64,000 nucleotides of DNA from the NCBI GenBank assembly GCA_963804165.1, contig CAWDPO010000004.1, forward strand, positions 1 through 64,000, read 5' to 3'. The DNA comes from an uncultured delta proteobacterium (GTDB taxonomy: Bacteria > Desulfobacterota > Binatia > UBA9968). Below are positions 11,544 to 22,082 of this stretch, in pieces; position 1 is the first letter of the stretch; every line of letters begins with the position of its first letter. The notes under the pieces are model-generated. The model made no database searches and had not been told where the DNA came from. It saw only the letters and a program-made list of their open reading frames with translations. The translations under genes and the position numbers were made by a program.

Positions 11544-14500
11544 TTAGCGATTTACATTCTTCATCAATTCGGTAATTGCAACCGTCCGAACACTGACGGT
11601 TGTCACGCGCATTAGCAGATCGATGACTTTCTCTTTGTAATCTGCGAAGCGGTACGTGTTGAACTTCTCGCGGATGGTCGGGTCTTTGGGTTTCTTTTCT
11701 TTGTACTGGTCGAGAATCCATTCCAGCGCGGAGCGGTTGCCGAGTCTGTATTCCCAAGCTTCGGGTGGGATACCGGTCAGCGTCGTTTCGCTGTCGACGA
11801 TGATTCGCCCGCCGTCTTTGTCAGCTTTCAGTATGCACTTTGGCGTGAGTCCGGCTTTGCGCGCTTTCTCGTCCGGCAGGTCAGATTCGCTTGAGCTTCG
11901 CTGGGGCCACGGATTGGTAGCCGATATGCAGGTCCATCAATTCCTTGCCCCACTCCGCCCACTGCCGCAAATCTTTTGTAGAATGGAATCCGTGGAAACT
12001 CACGCTTTAAATTAAACCCGTACTTCTCCCGATAAATCGGATCGTGTAGCGCGCCATAAACGTAATGAAAGATCGCATCTTTAGTGACCGTGATTTTTCC
12101 GCGACCGCGATCGGAGTGGTAGTGTTTCTGAAATTGATCAAGTGCCCAGTCGGTGATGTTGTCATGTGCGTGGTGCTCGGCGCCATATACCGATATCTAG
12201 GCAACACTTGAAATCCGTCCGTGCTCGCACACAAATGCAGTTCCGGGAAATGCTGACTTGCCATCACGCTGAAGGGTGCTCGTGAACCCCGGTCACTGAA
12301 AGCAATCGCGAGATTATCCGCTCGCCCGTCGCAAAACATGGCCGGCATTTGATACTGTCTGCCGATGAAATGGCGATCAAAATACAAAAGTCGGCGACAA
12401 AAAGGACGGTACAGCGCATCGACAATCATTTTCGAGTCGAATATTTTCTTAATATTCGCCTTCCGATAGCGTTCTAACTCGGCGTCCCACTTAATTGTTG
12501 TATCGGATACCTTGCGCTGCTTAGTCCGAGCCGCCTCATAGTTCGCGATAAGAAACTGCATTTTTGTCGCGAGCGCCTCGCGAGATAGGGCATAAACCCA
12601 TTCGTCGCGTTGACTCTTAAGACCTGGAGAAAACAACTTAAAGATCGCTCGCTCAGGTCGCTGCGTCTTTGCCGTCTTCGCGTTTTGGTCAATTAATGGA
12701 AGAAGATGCGTCGAACTCACTGTCGCCCTGCTCTATCCAGTTGTCTTTTGCGTCAGGCTCAATTCCTCACACCGGACGGTGCGCAATGTGGAGCCGCCTA
12801 GCCAAGCCAGCTTCTCTTCCCCAGTCTCGAATTCCGGTCGCCGCGCGTAAAAAATACGAGCGGCGCTACCCTTTGCGCGTTTAACGAACAAGCTAATCGC
12901 GACGCCAGTCTGAATTCCAAAGACATTGTGTTTCGTACCCGAAAGTTTCGGATTTCTCGGACATCGCCACCCAAGATCAACAATCCAGACTTCCTTGAAT
13001 TCATCTGCCAACCACTTTCCGGAATCCATCAAAAGTGTGTCTATAAAGCTTCGATTGGTAATGAGGGCTAGAATCCATTTTCGTTAAGCCGATCGCTCGC
13101 CCACCGGAAAAACCGAGCATACATGTCGTAGAAGCGATTTGGTTCTGAGCTGTGCTCTCTCAATGTAGGTTTCACTAATACGTTTGTCGATTTCCGATAG
13201 GGTCATTGGGATTCTGAATGTTATAGTTTTCTTGCCAGGCATTATACGGCGGGTTGCCGATGATCACGCTGATCTTGCGGCTGTTCTGGCGGCGGATGCG
13301 CCGGACGTTGTCGTCGCTCAGGGAGCCGAACAGATCGTCCATGTGGCCGCGGTATTTGCGCAGGGCATAGGTATTGTCGAGCGTATCGACAAAGCAGAGG
13401 TTAGGATATTCGAGATACTCGCCTGCAATGGCGGCGTAAGTCGCTTCGATGTTCAGGTTGGCGACATAGTACGGCAGGATCGCGACTTCGTTGGCGTGAA
13501 GTTCTTCCAGATACTTGTGCTTTAGCTTCGCCGGCTGGCCGCGGAAGTGCTCCAGCATCTCGCAAACGAACGTGCCGGTGCCGGCGGCGGGGTCGAGGAT
13601 CTCAACGTCTTTGTCGATGAGATTCCGTCCGAAGTGCTTTTCGCATAGGTAGTCGGCGCTCTCGATCATGAAGCGGACGATCTCGTTGGGCGTGTAGATA
13701 ACGCCGAGGCGATCGGCGGCTTTGGGATTGTAGACCTTGTAGAAGTTCTCGTAGATGACTTTCAAAAACGTCTGCTTCTCGTGGTGCGTGCCGATCTGCG
13801 CGGCGGCGGAACGGATGGCGGCGTAGTACGGCTCCATGCCCTTCAAGGCCTGATACTTTGTGTCCCCTTTGAAGAAAGTCGCCTCCAGCTTGTAAAGCTC
13901 GCGGGCAACATTGTTGTCTCGATGAAACGGTGTACCCGGAAAGACGGCGGTGAAAACATCTTCGGTAAGGATGTGCTGGATCAGCATTTCGCGCACGTCG
14001 GCTTCTGTGAGGCTGGGATTGATCGCCTCTTGGGCGTGTTTGAGAAATTCCTCGGCGGCTTTTCTGAAATCAGGTTCGCGTTTATGGGCGCGCTCGATCA
14101 TGGATCGCAGCGCCTCCAAGACCATCGGCAGATCGGCTTTGAACTGCTCGACAGCTTTGCGGAACTCGGTGATCTCGGTGCGTTCGTATTCGAAGAAGAG
14201 ATTGAGTAATTTTTCGAGGTCTTTGACGTCGTCGACGGCGCAGCGATAAACCTCTTGCTTCTCCTGAACCAAGACCGCTCGGTTTGAATCCTCGAAGATG
14301 ATGTTGTCCTGCGGATAGCCGCGGCGCTTCTTGAGCTCGATCTCGGCGTCGAGATCGTCCTTCTCATCCTTCGCCTCCCAATAACCGAAAGGCACGCGCA
14401 GAGCATGAACCAACGCGCCGTCGACGTAGCGCCGATCTTTGGCGGGACTGGCGATCTCGTATTCGGGAACGAAAATCAGATCGTGCGAGCGCGCCCAGCC

Positions 14501-14611
14501 CTTCAGCAGGTCCTTGAACGCCTCGCGCACGACCATTTCACGGTGGGTACCGGAAACCTTTCGCAGGTCTTGAAGCTGGTTCAAGTATTGTTGAATGAGA
14601 ACTTGGCTCAT
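11544..14611 (-). CDS. Single-chain restriction-modification enzyme (N6-adenine MTase with type ISP-like C-terminal specificity domain), multiply frameshifted
   Basis: N-terminal VDG...YWEAK nuclease-like motif, GVIYTPNEIV, LDPAAGTGTF, IIGNPPY, HNVFGIQTGVAI, YRPF, LGNRSALEWILDQYK. Confidence 0.85.
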
Positions 14612-14890
14612 GTAGTGTCGGGGTAATTCGTCGCAATCTACCGCAAAACAAAAAATTTGGCGAGGCACTGCATCGGTGTTCTTCCCACACAGTGACAGAT
14701 CTTATATTTATATCCGAAGCCATGATGCCGTTTAGCTGGCGCCCCTTTTGGATAGATTCCGATCCGGTGTCTGTTGGACCGGACAGTGGAGAGATTAAAC
14801 CCGCCCGGTCAGCTTTTTATCGAGCCAATACGTGGGCACACTGGATCGGTATGCTTGACAAGGTCGGATATTGAGCGGATTATCCGGCGC

Positions 14891-15196
14891 ATGTGCAGAA
14901 GGCTTTTAGCAGCGCTGCTCATCATGGGCTGGGTCAGTCTTTCTTGCTTCGACGTTATTGAGGACCTTGACGAGATTCCCGGTCAAGCTGCGTTTTCGGC
15001 GCCCGACGACGGCGGCACTGCAAAGCGAGGTGGATGGGGGCCGCTAGCGAATAATAGCGTCGAGTCGGCAAATCACACGGAGCGTGACGATGTTACGCTC
15101 ATTAGTATAGCTCCCAACGTCTTTCACTCCGAACCCGTTCCCGATTTCCGAAGACACTCTCAACTACATAAACTCCATCGCGTTTATCTGATCTAA
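14891..15196 (+). CDS. Small exported/leader-like hypothetical protein
   Basis: TTGACA at 14855-14860 upstream; hydrophobic N-terminus MCRRLLAALLIMGWVSLSCFD; His-containing end FRRHSQLHKLHRVYLI*. Confidence 0.55.
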   Translation: MCRRLLAALLIMGWVSLSCFDVIEDLDEIPGQAAFSAPDDGGTAKRGGWGPLANNSVESANHTERDDVTLISIAPNVFHSEPVPDFRRHSQLHKLHRVYLI

Positions 15197-15305
15197 ATCT
15201 TCCAAATTTCCTTCTCCGAGTTTCGGTATTCACGCGAACAGATATTGGTGTTGCGTTTTGGGCTTGGAAGCCTCGGCTTTGGCCGAAGTGGTGAAAGGAA
15301 CAATC

Positions 15306-15410
15306 ATGGAAGACTTCCCGATTTGGTTGAAAATCATAATTTGGCCTACGGTCGGAGCAGCAACAGCCTACACGGGGATCATGGCAATTCTTAGCTTCGC
15401 GAATGGGTAA
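15306..15410 (+). CDS. 34-aa membrane micropeptide
   Basis: RBS GAAAGGAA; MEDFPIWLKIIIWPTVGAATAYTGIMAILSFANG* (manual translation). Confidence 0.55.
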   Translation: MEDFPIWLKIIIWPTVGAATAYTGIMAILSFANG

Positions 15411-15487
15411 TGATTCATGGCGATGTCGTGCTGATGATTGTGCTGATAGTAGTCATTTTCTTTTCGCTATGGCTGATTCTGCGTTAA
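15410..15487 (+). CDS. 25-aa membrane micropeptide
   Basis: TAATG coupling to the preceding ORF; MIHGDVVLMIVLIVVIFFSLWLILR*. Confidence 0.45.
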   Translation: MIHGDVVLMIVLIVVIFFSLWLILR

Positions 15488-15530
15488 TACGCGCACGCGG
15501 CGTGCGTTGAAGGTTTAGCAAAATTAGGCA

Positions 15531-15638
15531 ATGAGGTTGCTCCTCTACGCGGTGATCGCGCTAGTCGCGATCGCGGTCATTTATGTGATTCTCACCGATC
15601 CGGAGGAGGACGACGAAGAAGATTCTGACGAGACTTGA
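15531..15638 (+). CDS. 35-aa single-TM micropeptide with acidic tail
   Basis: MRLLLYAVIALVAIAVIYVILTDPEEDDEEDSDET*. Confidence 0.5.
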   Translation: MRLLLYAVIALVAIAVIYVILTDPEEDDEEDSDET

Positions 15639-15744
15639 CGATAGGCCAATCCCGAAGCGCGGATAGCGTTGGCGTCGTGCACTAGAAAGAATCCTATTTT
15701 AAAGCCAATTTTACGCACAGATCAGTGAAGAATAGGAGCGGTCC

Positions 15745-17037
15745 GTGTCAAGCATAGTCTTTGAAATTTCGTTGATATTCCTCCTGCTATTAGCCAACGG
15801 AATCTTCGCGATGTCGGAGATCGCGGTGGTAACCGCACGCAAGTCTCGCTTGCAGGAGTTGGCCAACAAGGGAGTTATTCGAGCGCGGGCTGCATTGGAT
15901 TTGGCAACTAATCCCAATCGTTTTCTTTCGACAGTTCAAATCGGAATTACACTGGTCGGCATTCTCGCTGGAGCCTTTGGCGGAGGAGCGCTAACCGCGT
16001 GGCTTGCAGCGCAATTACAGCATGTTCACGTTATTGCCCCGTATAGTCGCTCCATCGCGCTCGGAATCGTCGTCGTAGCTATCACTTATTTTTCCGTGGT
16101 CATCGGTGAGCTGGTGCCGAAACGTTTAGCATTGAGCCATCCAGAATCGATAGCCATGTTTATGGCTCCAGTGATGCGTTTGATACTCACCATCTGCTCG
16201 CCGATCGTAGATCTGTTTACCTACTCCACCGATCTGGTTTTTAGGCTTTTTGGGAAACGACTTCATGAACAAAGTCTCGTGACCGAGGAGGAAATCACCA
16301 CGTTGCTTCGGCAAGGCACTCAGGCAGGTGTATTCGAAGCGACGGAGCAGGAAATGGTCGAAGCCGTGTTCGAGTTGGGGGACAAAAGTGCAAGGGGTTT
16401 GATGACTCCGCGAACGCAGATTATTTGGCTCGATGTTAATGACACAGTCCAGCGACTTTGCGAAAAACTTTCCGGGAGCGGCCATTCACGGTTTCCGGTG
16501 TGTAACGGCAGCTTGGATAATGTTGTGGGTATCGCACAGACAAAAGACTTGTTGTCAGCATATTTATGCTCGGAGAGCTTCGATCTTAAAGCAACCATGC
16601 AGCCCGCCGATTTCGTTCCGAGGAGTATGGCTGCGTTGCAGGTCCTCGATCATATAAAAAACTCTGGCAGCCACATTGTCTTGGTCGTTGATGAATACGG
16701 CGGCATAGAAGGATTGCTGACGCACCACGATCTGCTGGAGGCGATTGCCGGTGATATGCCGCTCGGTACAAAGTCCGAGGCTAAAGCCGTGCAACGAAAA
16801 GATGGTTCCTGGTTGCTCGACGGCATGTTGGCGATCGATGAATTCAAGGAGCTGTTCCAGATCGAGACTCTGCCGGGAGAAAAAAGAGACAGCTTCCAAA
16901 CATTGGGCGGCTTCCTTTTTACGCAGATGGGGCGTGTACCGTCTGTGTCCGAAACCTTTGAATGGAACGGCCTACGTTTTGAGATCGTTGACATGGATGG
17001 CAAGCGAATCGATAAGGTACTCGTATCGTCGAGATGA
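15745..17037 (+). CDS. HlyC/CorC (CNNM-CBS-CorC) family transporter
   Basis: NGIFAMSEIA, FLSTVQIGITL, GELVPKRLA, MTPRTQI, VVDEYGGIEGL, QTLGG, DGKRIDKV. Confidence 0.95.
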   Translation: MSSIVFEISLIFLLLLANGIFAMSEIAVVTARKSRLQELANKGVIRARAALDLATNPNRFLSTVQIGITLVGILAGAFGGGALTAWLAAQLQHVHVIAPYSRSIALGIVVVAITYFSVVIGELVPKRLALSHPESIAMFMAPVMRLILTICSPIVDLFTYSTDLVFRLFGKRLHEQSLVTEEEITTLLRQGTQAGVFEATEQEMVEAVFELGDKSARGLMTPRTQIIWLDVNDTVQRLCEKLSGSGHSRFPVCNGSLDNVVGIAQTKDLLSAYLCSESFDLKATMQPADFVPRSMAALQVLDHIKNSGSHIVLVVDEYGGIEGLLTHHDLLEAIAGDMPLGTKSEAKAVQRKDGSWLLDGMLAIDEFKELFQIETLPGEKRDSFQTLGGFLFTQMGRVPSVSETFEWNGLRFEIVDMDGKRIDKVLVSSR

Positions 17038-17291
17038 GACAATCGCTCGTCAGTATTGCCGAACATTTCAGTTTTGAGAATTTATATCGGGACAAGTTCA
17101 AGAACGAGCAAGATGAGTACCCTTGTTGAAAGCGCTTGAACAGAGCAAAGCGCAAGGAATACTTTCGCCGAATCGGCAAACCGTTGCTACTCTGAGAATG
17201 AGCAGGTAGCTTGCAGACCGTGCGATGCGTCTTCAAGGCTGTTTCTTTCCTGACGATAAAACATCCGACATTTGCCGGGAGGTTGCTCGTC

Positions 17292-18497
17292 ATGGCAAAA
17301 ACCGAAGCGATACACGATCAGGTAGTTCCGCTTGACCCGACGGTACGCGCGTTGGGAGTGGTTTCGCTACTCAACGATTTCTCCAGTGAAGTTGCTGTCC
17401 GCACATTGCCGCTTTTTCTAGCCAACGTTTTGGGCGTCAGGATCGGAATCATCGGGCTCATCGAAGGGATCGCTGAGAGCACGGCGACCCTTCTGAAGCT
17501 TGCCTCAGGACATCTCGCCGATCGCACCGGCCGTAGGAAAGCCTTGGCCCTGTGGGGTTATGGTTTTTCCAACCTCACCAAGCCGCTTCTCTTCTTCGCC
17601 ACATCATGGGGCCTCGTGCTCGCCGTGCGTTTTCTGGACCGGGTCGGTAAAGGCATCCGCTCGGCGCCGCGCGATGCTTTGATCGCCGATATCACACCGC
17701 CGGAGCTACGCGGTAGGGCGTTCGGGTTCAACAAAGCGATGGACAAGACCGGCGGGTTTCTCGGTCTTATTGTCGCCGCCGCCGTGCTTTACTTGACGCA
17801 GCAAGACACGCTCACCCTGACGCGCGAAAGTTATCAGTGGCTCGTGCTTCTTGCGGTGTTGCCCGGTCTGGCGGCTATCGGTGTGATGGCGTGGTGCGTC
17901 GAGGAGCGTCCCAAGGCACCCGTCAAAGGCTCTCCGGCTTTGATCTGGTCTGAAATGAACGGCCGGTTCTGGGCTTTCATTGCCGTCCTGACTCTCTTCA
18001 TGCTCGGCAACTCGAGCGACGCTTTTCTGATGCTCCGAGCCCAGACAGTGGGGTTTTCCACCATTGAAATATTTCTCGTCGTCGCCGCATTCAGCTTAGT
18101 CGTCGCTCTGACGTCGACAAAGGGCGGAACGCTTTCTGATACTTTTGGCAGGCGTGGATTAATAATTGCGGGCTGGCTGATCTATGCTCTCATCTATCTC
18201 GGCTTTGCCTTCGCTTCGGAACGTTGGCACATATGGATTCTTTATGCCGGGTACGGCCTTTACTACGGCGCTTTTCTCGGAGCATCCAGTGCCGTAGTCG
18301 CGGACTTGGTGTCGGAGCACCTTCGCGGCACGGCCTATGGCATTTTCAATGCCGCCTTGGGTGTGGCGGCATTACCGGCGAGCGTTATCGCAGGACTGTT
18401 GTGGGACTGGTACGGTCCCGCCGCGCCGTTTCTTTTCGGCGCGGTGCTTGCGATTATAGCGACAATCGGTTTGCTGCTGATTCCGCTCCGCCGATGA
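17292..18497 (+). CDS. MFS transporter
   Basis: LGVVSLLNDFSSE, IEGIAE, DRVGKGIRSAPRDALIAD, GNSSDAFL; 12-TM pattern. Confidence 0.92.
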   Translation: MAKTEAIHDQVVPLDPTVRALGVVSLLNDFSSEVAVRTLPLFLANVLGVRIGIIGLIEGIAESTATLLKLASGHLADRTGRRKALALWGYGFSNLTKPLLFFATSWGLVLAVRFLDRVGKGIRSAPRDALIADITPPELRGRAFGFNKAMDKTGGFLGLIVAAAVLYLTQQDTLTLTRESYQWLVLLAVLPGLAAIGVMAWCVEERPKAPVKGSPALIWSEMNGRFWAFIAVLTLFMLGNSSDAFLMLRAQTVGFSTIEIFLVVAAFSLVVALTSTKGGTLSDTFGRRGLIIAGWLIYALIYLGFAFASERWHIWILYAGYGLYYGAFLGASSAVVADLVSEHLRGTAYGIFNAALGVAALPASVIAGLLWDWYGPAAPFLFGAVLAIIATIGLLLIPLRR

Positions 18498-18563
18498 TGC
18501 TGCCGCCTTTGGCGGATTGCTTCTGACGTCCTCACGTTGCTGATTTCGATAGGCGAATGCACG

Positions 18564-18914
18564 TTAGCCACCGGTCTGCACTGTGCCACTTCTGTAGAAA
18601 CGGATTTGGACTCTCTCCAGGGTCGCCAATCCCTCTCGAACAGCGCCATCGACGGCAGGAAGGAACGCTTCGATTTTTTCCAGGCTGTCGACGATCTCGA
18701 CAACGATCGGGAGATCCGTCGATAAGCGTAAAATCTTCGCGGTGTGAACCCGGCTATGAGCGCCAAATCCTTCCAGCCCGCGTAGAACTGTTGCTCCAGC
18801 CAGTCCTTGCTCTCTGGCTTTCCGTACAATCCATTCGTAAAGAGCCATACCTTCGTGCTTGTCGCTCTCGCCGATAAAAATCCGCAGCAGAGAGCCCTCT
18901 TTAGGAAGTACCAT
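18564..18914 (-). CDS. DUF190 (PII-like) protein, copy 1
   Basis: LLRIFIGESDK, GLAGATVLRGLEGFG, LSTDLPIVVEIVD; adjacent to crcB. Confidence 0.92.
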   Translation of the reverse strand: MVLPKEGSLLRIFIGESDKHEGMALYEWIVRKAREQGLAGATVLRGLEGFGAHSRVHTAKILRLSTDLPIVVEIVDSLEKIEAFLPAVDGAVREGLATLERVQIRFYRSGTVQTGG

Positions 18915-18921
18915 ATTGACC

Positions 18922-19172
18922 TCACATGAGACGCGCTAAAGTATGGCCAAACCACACGCCCACGAGTCCGAGGATCAGCTGGGCAAGTATGTTAACGGCG
19001 GCAGCGAGATTTTGAGTGTCGCGCGCCAGCGAAAAGGTTTCGTACACAAACGACGAGAAGGTCGTGAATCCTCCAAGCACGCCGATAAAAAGGAATAGGC
19101 GGACCTCAGGGCCGAATACAGACCGATTTTCTGCCAGCCCCGAGAGGAAACCTATCAACAAACAACCCACGC
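18922..19172 (-). pseudogene. crcB: 5'-truncated fluoride channel Fluc/CrcB
   Basis: GVLGGFTTFSSF present; about 42 N-terminal residues missing relative to the copy at 22599-22976. Confidence 0.88.
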
Positions 19173-19273
19173 TGCCTGTCCATGCTGGTCAGTAAATTCA
19201 GGTATCGAGACCTCAACGGTCGCTGAGATTCTCACCCTGTTTTAAATGACTTTTCCGGCGGCAGGAGAGCCGG

Positions 19274-20131
19274 CTAGAAAAGCTTGTGCTCGACGGAGAG
19301 ATACAGGAAGGCCCCGTAGTTTTCGACCGGGCCAGCAACGCCGATCGGAATTCCGAGGCCGACGACCGTTTGCAGGTTGTTTTTATTGATGACAGCAGCG
19401 CGAATTCCGGGGGAGAGGATCGCCTTGAAATCGCGCTCTTTTTTCCCCTTATCATTGATCTCTTCTTGAAATTCGCCTACCCACTCCAGCAGCATGTGAA
19501 TGTCCGATGAAAAAGCGAAGACGGCGCTTGCCCCAACGTCGTACGAGACCAACGATCGCTTGGGCGAAAGCCGCTGATCATCATCTAGCGGCACTCGAAC
19601 TTTAGGGAGGTAGGTCAGCCCGAGGTTAGCGTGCAAGGCGAGTCGTGGGGCTACCTTTTTACTAGCAGCGACACTCCATTCGTATCCCACAACGCCGTTG
19701 CCAGTGCCTCTATTTCGGTTTCCGGTTGGAAGGATAAGGCCGAACCCAGGCGCGACGGCAGGAATGTTCGGCCCCTCGTTCGTTAGCTGGTAGCGGTACT
19801 CGATCTGAATATCGCCGACTCCACGCTGTCTCTCGCCCTCTTCCCGAAGATGAAAGAAGGGGATGCTGAACGCTACCTGGTGGTCTTCGGTGAACAGCCA
19901 CCATTCCTGCTCGAAGTTAAACGACCAACCACGGCGCTTGAAGTCATTGCTGTAGACAGCGCTCAAGGTATGCTGCACCTCGCCCCGGTCCTGGTTATAA
20001 GCCTCTTCAACCAAAAAACTGTGATTCGAGAATCCATCAATAGGACGGGGTTCAGCTGCTCGCGCTGTAACGCTGGAGAAAAGAATCGGAACGGCAAGCC
20101 AGACGGCGAAGATATACTTCCTTTGCCTCAT
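19274..20131 (-). CDS. Outer-membrane beta-barrel transporter (MetA-pathway/phenol-degradation-like family)
   Basis: Signal peptide MRQRKYIFAVWLAVPILFSSVTARA; SFLVEEAYNQ, GVGDIQIEYRYQL, ILPTG; C-terminal Phe. Confidence 0.75.
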   Translation of the reverse strand: MRQRKYIFAVWLAVPILFSSVTARAAEPRPIDGFSNHSFLVEEAYNQDRGEVQHTLSAVYSNDFKRRGWSFNFEQEWWLFTEDHQVAFSIPFFHLREEGERQRGVGDIQIEYRYQLTNEGPNIPAVAPGFGLILPTGNRNRGTGNGVVGYEWSVAASKKVAPRLALHANLGLTYLPKVRVPLDDDQRLSPKRSLVSYDVGASAVFAFSSDIHMLLEWVGEFQEEINDKGKKERDFKAILSPGIRAAVINKNNLQTVVGLGIPIGVAGPVENYGAFLYLSVEHKLF

Positions 20132-20611
20132 TCGAATTATCTGCTGTTGAGAGGTTGCGCGACTATATTGGAAAGCGGTCGCGGCATCAACCCAAGGCAT
20201 AGCAATCCGTGAAGCTCCGGAATACTCGAGAGACTCATCCCGTGCGACGGCGAACAGCTGGCTTTCCATTCGATGGCTACTACTCCTGGATTTCATGAAA
20301 GCTACGCGACGGGGCTTTGTCGTAGAGAATGACCTCATGCGCGGATTAGGAAAGCAGTGGGTTGATTTTGCGCTTGGGTCTGTCTTTCTATGTGGCATCA
20401 ACCAGAAAGTGTCTCGATCAAACCCAACAACTTTGCTTTGGTGGGCATTTGCAGCAGCTCGCTGATTGTCATTCTAATTCTATTGGAGGAATTTTCGCGC
20501 GCCACTTCCTCAAGGCGCACCCAACTCATCTGCGGCCAATACCAAGCTTCGAGTCTTATTTGTACACCCGAAGTACGGTAGTGTCTCAGTTTGAATTTTT
20601 AAAGCCGGCTT

Positions 20612-21327
20612 AGCAAGTTGCTGGTTGACGTTGGCGAAGCCTGCGCGAAATATCATCACGAGCATGTGCGCAATCTTAACACTCGCCGAGTGCAGGCCGA
20701 TGAAATTTGGTCTTTCGTTTATGCGAAGGCCAAGAACGTACCGGAAGAAAAACGCGTTTTTGACGTTGGCGACGTGTGGACCTGGACCGCAATGGATGCC
20801 GACTCGAAGCTGATGACTTCTTATCTCGTAGGATCGCGGGATGCGGGCTATGCGTTCGAGTTTATGCAGGACGTTGCTTCGCGGCTTATCACCGCGTCCA
20901 AATGACGACAGACGGACTCAGACTCTATCTTGAAGCCGTCGAGGGACTTTTCGGCGCCGACATTGATTATGCCCAGCTTGTGAAAATTTACGGGACAGAA
21001 GAGCTACCAAATGAATCGCGGTATAGCCCGCCGAAATGCCTTGGCGCCCGCCCAACACACCATCACCGGCAATCCAGATTAAGCGCATATCTCTACAAGC
21101 TATATTGAGCGGCAAAACTTAACGCTACGAATGGCGAATCGCCGGTTTACCAGATTGACTAATGCTTTCTCTAAAAGAATCGAAAACCATAAACACTCAA
21201 TCGCCCTGCATTTCATGCACTACAACTTTTGCCGACTTCACAAAACGCTAGAGTGACGCCAGCTATGGAAGCGGGGATTTCTAATTACGTGTGGGAGCTT
21301 GAAGAACTTGCGAGTCTGGCAAACTGA
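20612..21327 (+). pseudogene. IS1-family DDE transposase, N-terminally truncated and frameshifted
   Basis: VQADEIWSFV, WTWTAMDADSKL, MTTDGL, TSYIERQNLTLRMANRRFTRLTNAFSK, HYNFCR. Confidence 0.85.
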
Positions 21328-21359
21328 ACCAACACCGGCTTTTACAGGGATTCAATATC

Positions 21360-22019
21360 GTGTATGTTTTGAGAATCATGTCGATAGCGACCGACGATCT
21401 GATTAAGCTTTTGTTGTCGCTCGTTTTAGGAGGACTCATAGGCTGGGAGAGAGAACTCTATGATAAACCAGCCGGATTTAGGACGAATACACTAATTTGT
21501 GTCGGTTCAACTCTCTTCACCATCTTCTCCTTAAAAATTGGACTCATTCCTGGAACTGATTCATCTCGCATAGCTGCACAAATTGTATCTGGCATCGGCT
21601 TCCTTGGTGCAGGAGCTATTATTCGCCGTGGAGAAGCTATCCTGGGACTTACTACCGCCGCCACCATTTGGTTCGTCGCTTCCATAGGAATGGGAATTGG
21701 CGCAGGGTACTATCTGACGAGTTCTATAGGAGCGGCGCTGGCTTTAGCTATTCTCGTTTTATTTCGGAAATTCGAACATTTAGTAGATCGATTCCATACT
21801 ACTCGAACCTACCATGTAACTCTGTCGGCTGAAGATGATGCGGTCAAAGAATTAACCGATGCTCTCGATTCCTGTGGTTTAAGGGTATTAGGCAGTAAAC
21901 AGGTGAAGTCTGATAACCGCTATTTGTACGAGATAACACTTTCGGGTAGGAAAGCTCAACACAGTCCTCTGTTGGAGAAGCTCCTAAAATCCCATGTCGT
22001 GAAGGAAGTGAGATATTAG
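21360..22019 (+). CDS. MgtC/SapB family protein
   Basis: IGWERE, KPAGFRTNTL, RIAAQIVSGIGFLGAG, GLTTAATIW. Confidence 0.93.
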   Translation: MYVLRIMSIATDDLIKLLLSLVLGGLIGWERELYDKPAGFRTNTLICVGSTLFTIFSLKIGLIPGTDSSRIAAQIVSGIGFLGAGAIIRRGEAILGLTTAATIWFVASIGMGIGAGYYLTSSIGAALALAILVLFRKFEHLVDRFHTTRTYHVTLSAEDDAVKELTDALDSCGLRVLGSKQVKSDNRYLYEITLSGRKAQHSPLLEKLLKSHVVKEVRY

Positions 22020-22082
22020 CCTTCGCTCCATTTTTGCCGCTTCGAATTTGTTTGAGTTCTGCGCAAACTGAAACACTACCGG

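Larger units (their letters stand above)
18342..19172. repeat. Direct repeat copy 1 (MFS 3' end + DUF190 + crcB 3' part)
   Basis: Aligns with 22083-22849; the DUF190/crcB parts are nearly identical and the MFS tail is more diverged. Confidence 0.92.
20577..22080 (+). mobile_element. IS1-family element with mgtC passenger
   Basis: Inverted repeats GGTAGTGTCTCAGTTTG (20577-20593) and CAAACTGAAACACTACC (22064-22080), 16/17 match; degenerate internal copy at 21320-21336. Confidence 0.7.

Noticed and set aside
11500-11550. Possible attC after the R-M gene (CGCTAAC at the stop)
   Set aside because: No matching L boxes or GTTRRRY partner were found at a suitable distance.
20132-20401. N-terminal extension of the 19274 beta-barrel ORF, or a leader peptide there
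   Set aside because: The signal peptide begins at ATG 20131, and no RAPP-like or otherwise recognisable motif was seen upstream.
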